Positions 1 through 9,263 of a stretch of 64,000 bases of DNA are shown here, piece by piece. Source of the DNA: Bacteroidota bacterium (GTDB taxonomy: Bacteria; Bacteroidota; Bacteroidia; Bacteroidales; CAIWKO01); NCBI GenBank assembly GCA_037128515.1, contig JBAXWF010000002.1, positions 49,586 through 113,585 on the forward strand, read 5' to 3'. Every line of letters starts with the position of its first letter. Positions within the stretch are counted from its first letter, which is position 1. A program made the position numbers and the translations under genes. Under the pieces are notes generated by a model. It was not told the DNA's origin, ran no database searches, and saw only the letters and a program-made list of their open reading frames with translations.

Positions 1-2
1 TT

Positions 3-821
3 ACGGGTGATGGTTCAGCTTATATGGTGGCTCAAAAACAACCCATGAAATTGGCTGCTATGGAAGGTTTATATCAAGGGCAAAAAGGTGCCGACTTGGT
101 AGTTTTTGGGATATTGAGATCGGATGCTGATAAAGATCAGGATGATAATTTTAATATGCGATTCGGAATTCCCAAAATGTTGTCAATTCTGGGTTATAGA
201 AACAGTAACGCATTTGTGCCAGGTATAAAAGATTTGGTTGACGGAAATAAACAGGAAAATATTATGTCGGCTAGTGGAAAAATAGAAATGGGGAAAGTAG
301 CCATTGCTGCTCTCGCCTCATTTAAAAAATATAAGAAACTTAATGATAATGTAAAAGCTGATTCTTCGCTGGTAGTATTTAATGATAATTTCAAATTCAT
401 GGGTTATGGCTATTTCAATAAACCAGGGGATATTGTACCCAATGTTCCGCTGACATTTTATAGTTTCAGAATCATGATACTATTGGGATGCTTCTTTATT
501 TTACTATTTATAGTGGTATTGTTTTTTGCTTTGCGGAACAAACTTGAAAGCAAAAAACTGCTGCTATATGTTAGTATTATTTCGTTTCCACTAGCAATGA
601 TTGCATCGCAGTCCGGATGGATAGTAACTGAAGTGGGACGCCAACCGTGGGTTATTCAGGATTTGATGCCTACCTCGGTAGCCACCACACACATAAGTTC
701 ATCATCGGTGATGATCACGTTTGTATTATTTGCGGTATTATTTACGGCTTTATTAATTGCTGAAATCAAAATTATGATGAGTCAAATTAAAATAGGACCG
801 AAAGGAGGCGACAATGTTTGA
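3..821 (+). CDS. cydA: cytochrome bd ubiquinol oxidase subunit I, C-terminal part (5' end lies outside the window)
   Basis: The frame is open to the window edge. The translation carries the Q-loop signature KQPMKLAAMEG and C-terminal TM helices (GRQPWVIQDLMPT). It overlaps the next ORF by 8 nt. Confidence 0.9.
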   Translation, partial: TGDGSAYMVAQKQPMKLAAMEGLYQGQKGADLVVFGILRSDADKDQDDNFNMRFGIPKMLSILGYRNSNAFVPGIKDLVDGNKQENIMSASGKIEMGKVAIAALASFKKYKKLNDNVKADSSLVVFNDNFKFMGYGYFNKPGDIVPNVPLTFYSFRIMILLGCFFILLFIVVLFFALRNKLESKKLLLYVSIISFPLAMIASQSGWIVTEVGRQPWVIQDLMPTSVATTHISSSSVMITFVLFAVLFTALLIAEIKIMMSQIKIGPKGGDNV

Positions 822-1944
822 AACATATTCATATCTATTTTTACAACAATATTGGTGGGTTATAGGCTCATTGCTTGGTGGATTGCTTGTTTTTTTGATG
901 TTTGTTCAAGGCGGACAAACATTATTCAATACCATTGCCAAAAATTCAGAAGAAAAAACCATGCTAGTGAATTCGATGGGCCGAAAGTGGGAGTTTACTT
1001 TTACCACCCTGGTTACATTTGGCGGTGCCATGTTTGCTGCTTTCCCGAAGTTTTATTCAACCAGTTTCGGTGGTGCTTATTGGGTTTGGATTGCCATATT
1101 GTTTTGTTTTATTATTCAGGCTGTTTCTTATGAGTTTCGTAGTAAACCAAAAAATTTTTTAGGCGCTAAGACCTACGACGCATTCCTTTACATAAATGGA
1201 AGTCTGGGTGTTTTTCTAGTAGGAGCTGCTGTAGCAACCTTTTTTACAGGTTCGAATTTTAAAATTAACGACTACAATCAGGTGGAATGGCAAATGGCCA
1301 CACGTGGGTTGGAGGCTGTATTCAATATTCAAAATGTAGCACTTGGATTGGCTGTATTTTCATTGGCAAGAATATTGGGAGCCCAATACTTTATTAATAA
1401 TATTGATGACGAAAATATTTATATAAGGTCGCGTAAACAGGTAATGTACAACTCTATTATTTTTTTGGTGTTTTTCCTCACATTTGTCGGCTTTCTATTG
1501 ACGAATGCCGGTTATGCTTATAATCCACTCACCAAACAAGTAACCCTGGAAAGTTTTAAATATCTGCATAACTTTTTGCAAATGCCGATTGTATTAGGGC
1601 TCTTTATGGTGGGTGTTGTTTTCGTATTAGCCGGAATTTTTGTTACATTGTTTAAAACAAGCAAAAAGGGAATATGGTTTTCGGGCATAGGTACAGTATT
1701 AACTGTGTTTTCATTGTTTTTGGTTTCCGGATTAAATCATACATCATTTTACCCATCTACATTCGACATTCAAAGTTCATTAACCATTGAAAATAGTTCA
1801 TCGAGCCAGTATACTTTAACTGCTATGAGCTACGTTTCACTATTCGTACCTGTAGTATTACTGTATATTTATCTTGCCTGGAAGGCGCTAGACAAAAGCA
1901 AAATAGATAAACACGAAATGAAAGATAACGAGCACATTTATTAA
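814..1944 (+). CDS. cydB: cytochrome bd ubiquinol oxidase subunit II
   Basis: 376-aa polytopic membrane ORF translationally coupled to cydA. Size and position are typical of subunit II. Confidence 0.85.
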   Translation: MFETYSYLFLQQYWWVIGSLLGGLLVFLMFVQGGQTLFNTIAKNSEEKTMLVNSMGRKWEFTFTTLVTFGGAMFAAFPKFYSTSFGGAYWVWIAILFCFIIQAVSYEFRSKPKNFLGAKTYDAFLYINGSLGVFLVGAAVATFFTGSNFKINDYNQVEWQMATRGLEAVFNIQNVALGLAVFSLARILGAQYFINNIDDENIYIRSRKQVMYNSIIFLVFFLTFVGFLLTNAGYAYNPLTKQVTLESFKYLHNFLQMPIVLGLFMVGVVFVLAGIFVTLFKTSKKGIWFSGIGTVLTVFSLFLVSGLNHTSFYPSTFDIQSSLTIENSSSSQYTLTAMSYVSLFVPVVLLYIYLAWKALDKSKIDKHEMKDNEHIY

Positions 1945-1961
1945 TTTAATAACAAAACAAT

Positions 1962-2087
1962 ATGTACGAATCATTCACAGCTTCAGTAATATGGTATTTA
2001 AGTTGGCCGGTGCTTATATTTATTATGTATAAAGCCGTTCGCTTAGCACTTAACTATTTTGAGAAGAAACACACTAAAACCAACTAA
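1962..2087 (+). CDS. 41-aa single-TM peptide, possible bd-oxidase accessory subunit (assigned by position only)
   Basis: ATG 1962 to TAA 2085-2087 encodes MYESFTASVIWYLSWPVLIFIMYKAVRLALNYFEKKHTKTN. It starts 17 nt after cydB and is below the ORF-track size cut-off. Confidence 0.45.
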   Translation: MYESFTASVIWYLSWPVLIFIMYKAVRLALNYFEKKHTKTN

Positions 2088-2102
2088 TTTATACAATTTA
2101 TT

Positions 2103-2504
2103 ATGGGGCGAATCGTAGGTCTTTCTGAAGCGGCTTCAATAGCAATTCATGTTACGGTATTAATTGCAAAATCAGGCGAGGTAAACATGAATGTTATCAG
2201 GCTATCGGAGTTAACAGGGGCTTCAAAAAACCACATAGCTAAAGTAATGCAACATTTGGTTAAATTTAACTTTGTAAGATCAACCCGTGGCCCGGCAGGA
2301 GGGTTTGTTCTGAATAAAGCACCGTCTGAGATTTCTTTATTAGATGTTTATGAGGCTGTTGAAGGAGATATGGCATTGGCTGATTGCCCCTTCGACAAGC
2401 AAATTTGCCCCTTTAATAAATGTTTAATGAATGGTATAGTCCATCGAATAACAGATGAGCTTAAAGAATATTTTAAGAATCAAAAAATTAGTGATCTGAT
2501 TTAA
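2103..2504 (+). CDS. Rrf2/BadM-family transcriptional regulator (NsrR/IscR-like, putative Fe-S cluster ligands)
   Basis: The N-terminal wHTH (GASKNHIAKVMQHLVKFNFVRSTRGPAGGF) and the Cys triad CPFDKQICPFNKC are typical of cluster-binding Rrf2 proteins. Confidence 0.8.
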   Translation: MGRIVGLSEAASIAIHVTVLIAKSGEVNMNVIRLSELTGASKNHIAKVMQHLVKFNFVRSTRGPAGGFVLNKAPSEISLLDVYEAVEGDMALADCPFDKQICPFNKCLMNGIVHRITDELKEYFKNQKISDLI

Positions 2505-2721
2505 TTATTGTATTTATTTATAATTGTAATAAAAGGAATTTTAGTTAATCATTAGTGTTTTTGAGAAGATCCTTATACGGAATGTTGCCGGATTGCAGAA
2601 ATATGCCACAAAATAGTTACTTCCGTTTACTCTTTTATATAAATTAGTATTGTTTACAACTAATATTTAACGAATTATAATTTAGAATGGAATTATTTTG
2701 TTACAGTTCAATTTTTATTTA

Positions 2722-2729
2722 TATATTTG
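2722..2729 (+). promoter_or_regulatory. candidate Bacteroidota -7 promoter box (TATATTTG = TAnnTTTG) for the ferredoxin-like/hcp operon
   Basis: Exact match to TAnnTTTG, 38 nt upstream of ATG 2767, in an AT-rich 260-bp intergenic region. Confidence 0.45.
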
Positions 2730-2748
2730 TGTACTTAAATACATAAAT
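2725..2748. promoter_or_regulatory. 24-bp imperfect palindrome, candidate operator for the adjacent Rrf2 regulator
   Basis: ATTTGTGTACTT|AAATACATAAAT has 10 of 12 symmetric pairs. The right half contains AAATACAT, as in NsrR-type half-sites. The palindrome overlaps the -7 box. Confidence 0.4.
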
Positions 2749-2766
2749 AAAAAAAGATTGTTTCAA

Positions 2767-3626
2767 ATGAAACGGACAATCATAAAAATTGATAAAGATA
2801 AATGTACCGGTTGTGGGCATTGTGTGAGTGGATGCCACGAGGGAGCTTTACAGATTATAGATAAAAAGCGCGATTAATCAGCGAATTATTCTGCGATGGC
2901 TTGGGAGCATGCATTGGCGTGTGTCCCGAAGGTGCCATTATTCTTGAAGAGCGGGAAGCTGAAGCGTATAATGAAAATATAGTTATTGAACGTATTGCAA
3001 AAGAAGGACGAAATACTGTGTTGGCGCATTTGTGTCATCTTCGCGACCATAATGAACATGATTATGTAAAGCAAGCATTGCAATATTTAAACGATCAGGA
3101 AATCTATTCAGAAATTATAAATGAATTTAAAATGGAAAAAGAGAATAATCAAAACGAAAACCATCAATGCGGTTGTCTCGGTTCGAAAATGATGGATTTA
3201 AGACAAGATGAAACTACGAATGTAAACACAAATAATGTAGTCCAATCGCAATTACGTCAATGGCCTATTCAGCTGCATTTGGTAAACCCGGTTGCTCCGT
3301 ATTTCAAAAATGCAGATGTTGTTATTGCTGCCGATTGTGTTGCATTTTCGTACGGTAACTTTCACAACGACTTTTTGAAAGGAAAATCCTTGGTAATCGC
3401 TTGCCCGAAATTGGATTCGACTTTGGAGGTTTATGTTGAAAAGATCAGACAGATGATTGAAGATGCAAAGGTTAACACCATTACGGTTATGATAATGGAA
3501 GTGCCTTGTTGTGGCGGATTGTTGCAAATGACAAAAACGGCTATGCTGAAATCAAACCGAAAAGTTCCAATTAAAATTATAGTAATTGGTATTAGCGGAA
3601 AAGTTGTTCATGAAGAATGGAATTAA
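2767..3626 (+). pseudogene. 4Fe-4S dicluster (ferredoxin-like) domain protein, interrupted by a 1-nt frameshift in an A5 run (or an assembly indel)
   Basis: 2767-2877 encodes MKRTIIKIDKDKCTGCGHCVSGCHEGALQIIDKKRD*. The -1 frame continues as KARLISELFCDGLGACIGVCPEGA... to 3626. One extra A at 2863-2867 gives a single 286-aa ORF. Confidence 0.8.
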
Positions 3627-3663
3627 AAACAGTTAATAACTACTAAAAAAAGGAGAATAATTT

Positions 3664-5316
3664 ATGAGTATGTTTTGTTACCAATGCCAAGAAACAGCCA
3701 AGGGCACAGGATGCACTATTGGCGGTGTTTGTGGAAAAAAAGAAGATGTATCAAATTTGCAAGACATGTTGATTCATGTTTTGAAAGGTGTTTCGTTGTT
3801 CAGTAGTAAGGCCAGAATTGCCGGATATAAGGATACGAAACTAGATCGGTTTGTAATGGAGAGTTTATTCATGACCATTACAAATGCTAACTTCGATAAA
3901 AATGTATTTTACGACAGAATTCAAAAGGCTATCACTCTTCGCAATTCAATTAAAAGTATCTGCCTAGCAAAATGTATTGATATTTCTGAAATCGTGCACG
4001 ACTCGGCAGTTTGGACTGCAAGTCAGAATAGTGATATTGATAAAAAATCAACTACAGTTGGGATTCTTTCGTACGAAAATGAAGATATTCGGTCGTTAGT
4101 GCATCTAGTATTGTTTGGAATTAAAGGTATTGCAGCTTATGGGGAACATGCTTCGAATCTGGGTTTTGAAAAAGATGAGATTTCTGCATTTATTCAACAC
4201 GGATTGGCTGAAATTACGAGAATTGATTTAACTGTAGATTATTTGGTTTCATTAGTTTTGGAATGTGGAAAATTTGGAGTTGATGTTATGTCATTGCTTG
4301 ATACTGCCAATACTTCCCGATATGGAAATCCGGAAATTACAAAAGTAGACATTGGAGTTAAAAACAATCCTGGAATTATAATTAGTGGGCATGATTTGCG
4401 CGATTTGGAGGATTTGCTTGATCAAACAGAGGGTAGCGGCGTGGATGTTTATACACATAGCGAAATGTTGCCAGCTCATTATTATCCGTTTTTCAAAAAG
4501 TATACCTGCTTTGCCGGAAATTATGGAAATGCGTGGTGGAAGCAGCGCGAAGAATTCGAAACGTTTAACGGTCCCATTTTATTTACCACAAATTGTTTGG
4601 TACCACCGCATGCAAATGCAGGCTACCATGACAAAGTTTTTACAACCGGTGCGGCAGGCTTCAATGGGTTTAAACATATAGCCGATAGGCCTACTGATGG
4701 TAAAAAAGATTTTTCGGAGATTATAGCGTTAGCAAAAACATGTAAACCACCTGTTGAAATAGAGAAAGGCGAAATTGTTGGTGGGTTTGCTCATGCACAA
4801 GTAATAGCCTTGGCCGACCAGGTTGTAGATGCTGTAAAAAGTGGTGCCATTCGGAAATTTGTTGTAATGGCAGGATGCGATGGAAGAATGCAAGATAGAA
4901 ATTATTATACACAATTTGCTGAACAACTTCCAAAAGATACTATAATACTTACGGCAGGTTGTGCAAAATACCGCTATAACAAACTGCAATTAGGAGATAT
5001 TAATGGTATTCCAAGAGTTCTGGATGCAGGACAATGTAATGATTCATATTCGTTGGCAGTAATTGCTCTTAAACTTAAAGAAGTATTTCAATTGAATAAT
5101 ATTAATGAACTTCCTATAGTATATAACATTGCATGGTACGAGCAAAAGGCTGTGATTGTGCTATTAGCCTTACTTTATTTGGGTGTAAAGAACATTCATT
5201 TGGGGCCAACACTTCCCGCATTTTTATCACCAAATGTTGCAAAAGTACTAATCGAGAATTTTAATATTGGTGGCATTACAACCCCCGACGAAGATATCAA
5301 GGCTTTACTAAACTAA
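3664..5316 (+). CDS. hcp: hydroxylamine reductase / hybrid-cluster protein
   Basis: The N-terminal motif [23 protein letters not shown] and the 550-aa length are characteristic of Hcp. Confidence 0.95.
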   Translation: MSMFCYQCQETAKGTGCTIGGVCGKKEDVSNLQDMLIHVLKGVSLFSSKARIAGYKDTKLDRFVMESLFMTITNANFDKNVFYDRIQKAITLRNSIKSICLAKCIDISEIVHDSAVWTASQNSDIDKKSTTVGILSYENEDIRSLVHLVLFGIKGIAAYGEHASNLGFEKDEISAFIQHGLAEITRIDLTVDYLVSLVLECGKFGVDVMSLLDTANTSRYGNPEITKVDIGVKNNPGIIISGHDLRDLEDLLDQTEGSGVDVYTHSEMLPAHYYPFFKKYTCFAGNYGNAWWKQREEFETFNGPILFTTNCLVPPHANAGYHDKVFTTGAAGFNGFKHIADRPTDGKKDFSEIIALAKTCKPPVEIEKGEIVGGFAHAQVIALADQVVDAVKSGAIRKFVVMAGCDGRMQDRNYYTQFAEQLPKDTIILTAGCAKYRYNKLQLGDINGIPRVLDAGQCNDSYSLAVIALKLKEVFQLNNINELPIVYNIAWYEQKAVIVLLALLYLGVKNIHLGPTLPAFLSPNVAKVLIENFNIGGITTPDEDIKALLN

Positions 5317-5348
5317 ACTAAAAATCTGACTTTATACTTGATTTGGAT

Positions 5349-5371
5349 GCGGGGTGAGCCCCGCATTTTTT
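5349..5371 (+). terminator. rho-independent terminator after hcp
   Basis: GCGGGG-TGAG-CCCCGC stem-loop followed by ATTTTTT. Confidence 0.75.
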
Positions 5372-5518
5372 GTCATACATACTCTAAGCGTGAAATCAAT
5401 GTGTCATAAAATAATTGGATGATGATTACAATTTGTATTAAATTTCTTTAAAAACCATTTTTGCATTGAATATATTTATAAATTAGCGCAGTTTTCTTTA
5501 CTTAAAAAAACTTATTAT

Positions 5519-6541
5519 ATGTTAAACATTGATTGGAAAAACTTGCCTTTCGGTTATTTGAAAACCGATTATAATGTTCGTTGTTATTGGCGTAACGGAC
5601 AATGGGGCGAACTGGAAGTATCCTCTTCAGAAACAGTAAATATTCATATCGCCGCTACTTGTTTACACTACGGGCAAGAAGCTTTTGAAGGGTTAAAGGC
5701 CTTTCGTTGTATAGATGGCAAAGTTCGCGTTTTTCGTTGGGAAGAAAACGCAAAACGACTTAGAAAATCTGCTGATGGCATTTTGATGAAAGCAGTTCCC
5801 GATACTTTATTTAAAGAAGCGATGGAACTTGCCGTTAAATTAAACATGGATTTTGTTCCACCTCAGGAAACCGGTTCTTCACTTTATATTCGTCCTTTGT
5901 TAATTGGTTCAGGAGCTAAAGTTGGTGTTCAACCTGCTGATGAATATTTGTTTATGATTTTTGTTACACCAGTTGGGCCGTATTTTAAAGAAGGATTTAA
6001 GCCTGTAAACGTTCAGATTATTCGAGATTACGATCGTGCTGCTCCATTGGGAACCGGGCATATTAAGGTGGGTGGAAATTATGCTGCAAGTTTGATTGCT
6101 GGTGAACGAGCTCATCATGAAGGGTATTCAACTGCCATTTTTCTCGATGCTCACGAAAAGAAGTTTATTGATGAAGCCGGACCCGCAAATTTCTTTGCTA
6201 TAAAAGGGAATACCTATATCACACCACAATCAAAATCGATACTCCCTTCAATAACCAATATGAGTTTACGTGTATTGGCTGAAGATATGGGGATGAAAGT
6301 CGAATTACGATCGATTACGGTTGACGAATTGGCCGATTTTGATGAAGTTGGTGCATGTGGAACTGCAGCAGTTATTTCACCTATTAAGAAAATTCAGGAT
6401 CGTGATACCGGCAAAGTATATGAATACTGCAAGGATGGTAATGCAGGTCCTGTTTCAACAAAATTGTATAATCGTTTACGAGCTATTCAATCAGGTGAGG
6501 AACCTGATAAGTTTGGGTGGACTCATGTTATTGGTGAGTAA
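5519..6541 (+). CDS. ilvE: branched-chain-amino-acid aminotransferase
   Basis: 340-aa class-IV aminotransferase. Motifs seen: YGQEAFEGLKAF, LYIRPL, KVGGNYA, GTAAVI. Confidence 0.9.
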   Translation: MLNIDWKNLPFGYLKTDYNVRCYWRNGQWGELEVSSSETVNIHIAATCLHYGQEAFEGLKAFRCIDGKVRVFRWEENAKRLRKSADGILMKAVPDTLFKEAMELAVKLNMDFVPPQETGSSLYIRPLLIGSGAKVGVQPADEYLFMIFVTPVGPYFKEGFKPVNVQIIRDYDRAAPLGTGHIKVGGNYAASLIAGERAHHEGYSTAIFLDAHEKKFIDEAGPANFFAIKGNTYITPQSKSILPSITNMSLRVLAEDMGMKVELRSITVDELADFDEVGACGTAAVISPIKKIQDRDTGKVYEYCKDGNAGPVSTKLYNRLRAIQSGEEPDKFGWTHVIGE

Positions 6542-6547
6542 AAAAAA

Positions 6548-6577
6548 GGCTGTTGGAATTAATCAACAGCCTTTTTT
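6548..6577. terminator. bidirectional rho-independent terminator between convergent ilvE and the KAS-III gene
   Basis: GGCTGTTG-8 nt-CAACAGCC stem, flanked by an A-run upstream and a T-run downstream. Confidence 0.75.
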
Positions 6578-6596
6578 GTGTTTTTTAAAGATGGTT

Positions 6597-7541
6597 TTAT
6601 TTTTTGAGCAACATACACCCCGACGAATAACCTCCTCCAAAAACTGTGACTACTGCCAGGTTGTCCTTTTGAAGTTTATCCCAGGTTTGTGAAAGAGCTA
6701 TTGCAGAACTTGCACTACCTGTGTTGCCCAAATATTCGATATTGGTAACAACCGATCCATTGTGCAGACCCAATAGGTCGCCTACTTTGTTGATGATACG
6801 CATATTCGCCTGATGAGGAATGAGGTAGGTGAGATCTTTTATTGTAAAACCATTATGTTCTAATATGCTTTGCGTATTTGACGACATGAGTTTGCTGGCA
6901 TTTATAAATACATCTTTACCATCGCCCATCTGAATCCGATCTTCTAAAGGACGCAAATTAACAGCATGCATTGCTTTTGCAAAATGAGCATATCCTCTGG
7001 TTTCAATTTCAATAACTTCTACATCAAATTCTGTAAACCTTTCTTTGGTTACGCTCATAGCTGCAGCACCATCGCCCCATAAAAATCCGGAATAGGTGTT
7101 ATTCTCATCATTATATATAGTATTGTGTTCAGAAACAACCACCAAAGCTTTACTGGCTTTATTCATAGCAAAATAGCCTTCTACAATTTCCATTGCATTG
7201 ACAAAGGATGAACAAGCTGTTGAAACTGAAACAACTTGTGCATTTTCAATTTTAAAAAAATGTTGTAGCTGATGTGCAAGTGTTGCAACGGTATCGTGTG
7301 GCGAATAGGTAGCACCCACTATCAAATCCACATCTTTTATATCAAATGGAATTTTATGTTGCAATAGTTCAGCAGCTTTAACACTCATAGTGTTTGTGTT
7401 TTCACCGACACCCGTAACACGGCGTTGCTTGATTCCTGATTTCTTAAAAATGTCATCTTCTGTCAAACCAATAAGTTTCGAAAAGTGCTCATTTGTCAGA
7501 ATCTGTTCGGGTAAATAGTGTGCTATTGAATTAATGAACAT
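6597..7541 (-). CDS. 3-oxoacyl-ACP synthase III (FabH/KAS-III family)
   Basis: 314 aa. Cys-His-Asn triad contexts: STACSSF, IPHQANMRI, YLGNTGSAS. Confidence 0.85.
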   Translation of the reverse strand: MFINSIAHYLPEQILTNEHFSKLIGLTEDDIFKKSGIKQRRVTGVGENTNTMSVKAAELLQHKIPFDIKDVDLIVGATYSPHDTVATLAHQLQHFFKIENAQVVSVSTACSSFVNAMEIVEGYFAMNKASKALVVVSEHNTIYNDENNTYSGFLWGDGAAAMSVTKERFTEFDVEVIEIETRGYAHFAKAMHAVNLRPLEDRIQMGDGKDVFINASKLMSSNTQSILEHNGFTIKDLTYLIPHQANMRIINKVGDLLGLHNGSVVTNIEYLGNTGSASSAIALSQTWDKLQKDNLAVVTVFGGGYSSGCMLLKK

Positions 7542-7544
7542 GGT

Positions 7545-8138
7545 TTATTTTTTTATTGTTAGTATAAGCATTTCAGTTATTACGTTTTTCCGTTCTTGCA
7601 TAAATTGTTTAAAAGTATCTTCACTCATTTTGTTTTTTTCCATAATCACCTGCTTGATAGTGAAAGGAAATGTTATGAGTGAAAGCATATTGATAAAAAA
7701 TTGTGTTGGGTCAGTTCCTTTTATGTTTCCTTTTCGGACTTCCTCCGAAAATTGTTTAGAAAAATTTCCTGTATTGTAAAGACTTTGAAAAATTTTCATC
7801 TTTGTAATTTTATCAGGATTACGATGCAAAACCGAAAGTACAAAATAAGTGAGTTTCGGGTTTTCCAGAAGTATATCTATGTATTCTTCAACGTATAACT
7901 TAATTTTTTCTTCAATAGGCAGTGGCGAACTTAAAATGCTGTTTAATTCAGGTGTGTATTTGCCTAACAAACTTGAAAAAATTGAATTGAACAGATTTTC
8001 TTTACTACGGAAATAATAATTTAACAGGGCAATATTAATTTTAGCTTTAACGGATATCTCGCGGATACTCGTACGTTCAAATCCTTTTTCGAGGAAGAGC
8101 CCCAATGCTGTTTTCTTTATTTTGTCTTCCGTTGTCAT
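7545..8138 (-). CDS. TetR/AcrR-family transcriptional regulator
   Basis: The N-terminal HTH (KIKKTALGLFLEKGFERTSIREISVKAKINIALLNYYFRSKENLF) supports the call. Start chosen at ATG 8138 (MTTEDK). The gene ends 3 nt before the KAS-III gene. Confidence 0.85.
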   Translation of the reverse strand: MTTEDKIKKTALGLFLEKGFERTSIREISVKAKINIALLNYYFRSKENLFNSIFSSLLGKYTPELNSILSSPLPIEEKIKLYVEEYIDILLENPKLTYFVLSVLHRNPDKITKMKIFQSLYNTGNFSKQFSEEVRKGNIKGTDPTQFFINMLSLITFPFTIKQVIMEKNKMSEDTFKQFMQERKNVITEMLILTIKK

Positions 8139-8148
8139 TTTGAGTTTG

Positions 8149-8156
8149 CAAATGTA
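8149..8156 (-). promoter_or_regulatory. candidate -7 box TACATTTG for the TetR/KAS-III operon
   Basis: The reverse complement of CAAATGTA matches TAnnTTTG, 11 nt upstream of the ATG. Confidence 0.35.
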
Positions 8157-8313
8157 AACAATAATTTTAAACAAATGTTTAAAACGGGGTTTAATTATTT
8201 TGCATAATCTCACTAATACCAATATATACAGATGATTAAATGAAGGAAAAGTTGTGACATTTTTTCTAAATTAAAAACTAAAAAGTTAAAACTAAACGAT
8301 TTAGAAAACAGCC

Positions 8314-9261
8314 TTATTTTCTGAATAATTTACCTTGCCATGTATTGCGCAATTTCATTTGGTTTTCAATCTTTACCAATACCTGATCGGTACGTATTAA
8401 TCCCCATGAACTGTGGGTTAAGAATCGTGGGGGGACTTCGCCCGATAAGCGCTCAATTATAATATCAGGATGCAAAAGTTCAAGAAAATCCATAATGAAA
8501 TCAATATACTCGTCCAAACCAAATAAATGGAAACTTTTGGGGTTGGTTTTAAACTCAGATTCCATTGTTGTGTTTTTCAAAATCTGAAGTTGGTGAAGCT
8601 TAAGGCTGTTAATTGGCAATGCAGATAAAATGGCAGCTTCAGCCAACATTTGTAAACGACTTTCGCCGGGCAGCCCAAATATTATATGTGCACCAACAAA
8701 TAAATTTCGAGCGGCAGTTTGCCTGATGGCTTGTTTTGCCAATTCAAAACTATGTCCTCGGTTGATAGACGTTAAAGTGCGATTATAGCACGATTCAATA
8801 CCATATTCAACCGAGACGAAATGTGTTTTTGCTATTTCGGCTAAAAAATCAAGTTTTTTATCATCAACACAATCGGGGCGAGTGCCTATCGAGATACCCG
8901 AAATCATGGGATGTGCAAGTGCTTCGCCATAGATTTTTTTTAATTTTTCCAACTCCTTATATGTGTTAGAGTAGGGTTGAAAATAGGCTATGTACTTTGT
9001 TGCGCGCCGATAACGCGTTTTATGAAAATCAATACCTTCATCAATTTGTTGCGTTATGTTTTTTTCGGGTTGGCAGTAGGAAGGATTAAAAGCGTCGTTG
9101 CAGCAATAGGTACATCCGTTTCTCGCAATAGTTCCATCGCGGTTCGGACAAGTAAAACCGGCATCAATGCTGAGTTTTTGCAAACGGGTGCCATAGGTTT
9201 TTAGGCAATAAGCCGCAAAAGTATTGAATCTTCGGTTATTGAACATTTCCGGTGCGAACAT
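8314..9261 (-). CDS. radical SAM protein, TIGR01212 (YhcC-like) family
   Basis: The motif KLSIDAGFTCPNRDGTIARNGCTYC and the 315-aa length are typical of this family. Confidence 0.8.
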   Translation of the reverse strand: MFAPEMFNNRRFNTFAAYCLKTYGTRLQKLSIDAGFTCPNRDGTIARNGCTYCCNDAFNPSYCQPEKNITQQIDEGIDFHKTRYRRATKYIAYFQPYSNTYKELEKLKKIYGEALAHPMISGISIGTRPDCVDDKKLDFLAEIAKTHFVSVEYGIESCYNRTLTSINRGHSFELAKQAIRQTAARNLFVGAHIIFGLPGESRLQMLAEAAILSALPINSLKLHQLQILKNTTMESEFKTNPKSFHLFGLDEYIDFIMDFLELLHPDIIIERLSGEVPPRFLTHSSWGLIRTDQVLVKIENQMKLRNTWQGKLFRK

Positions 9262-9263
9262 GC

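Noticed and set aside
2863-2867. Transcriptional (RNA polymerase) slippage as the mechanism restoring the ferredoxin-like gene frame.
   Set aside because: Productive transcriptional slippage is generally associated with runs of about 9 or more A/T, and this run is only 5 A. Ribosomal -1 slippage or assembly error remain open; see the finding.
3252-4989. Several 60-100-aa ORFs overlapping the ferredoxin-like gene and hcp on either strand.
   Set aside because: They lie entirely within strongly supported genes and show no independent start context or motifs.
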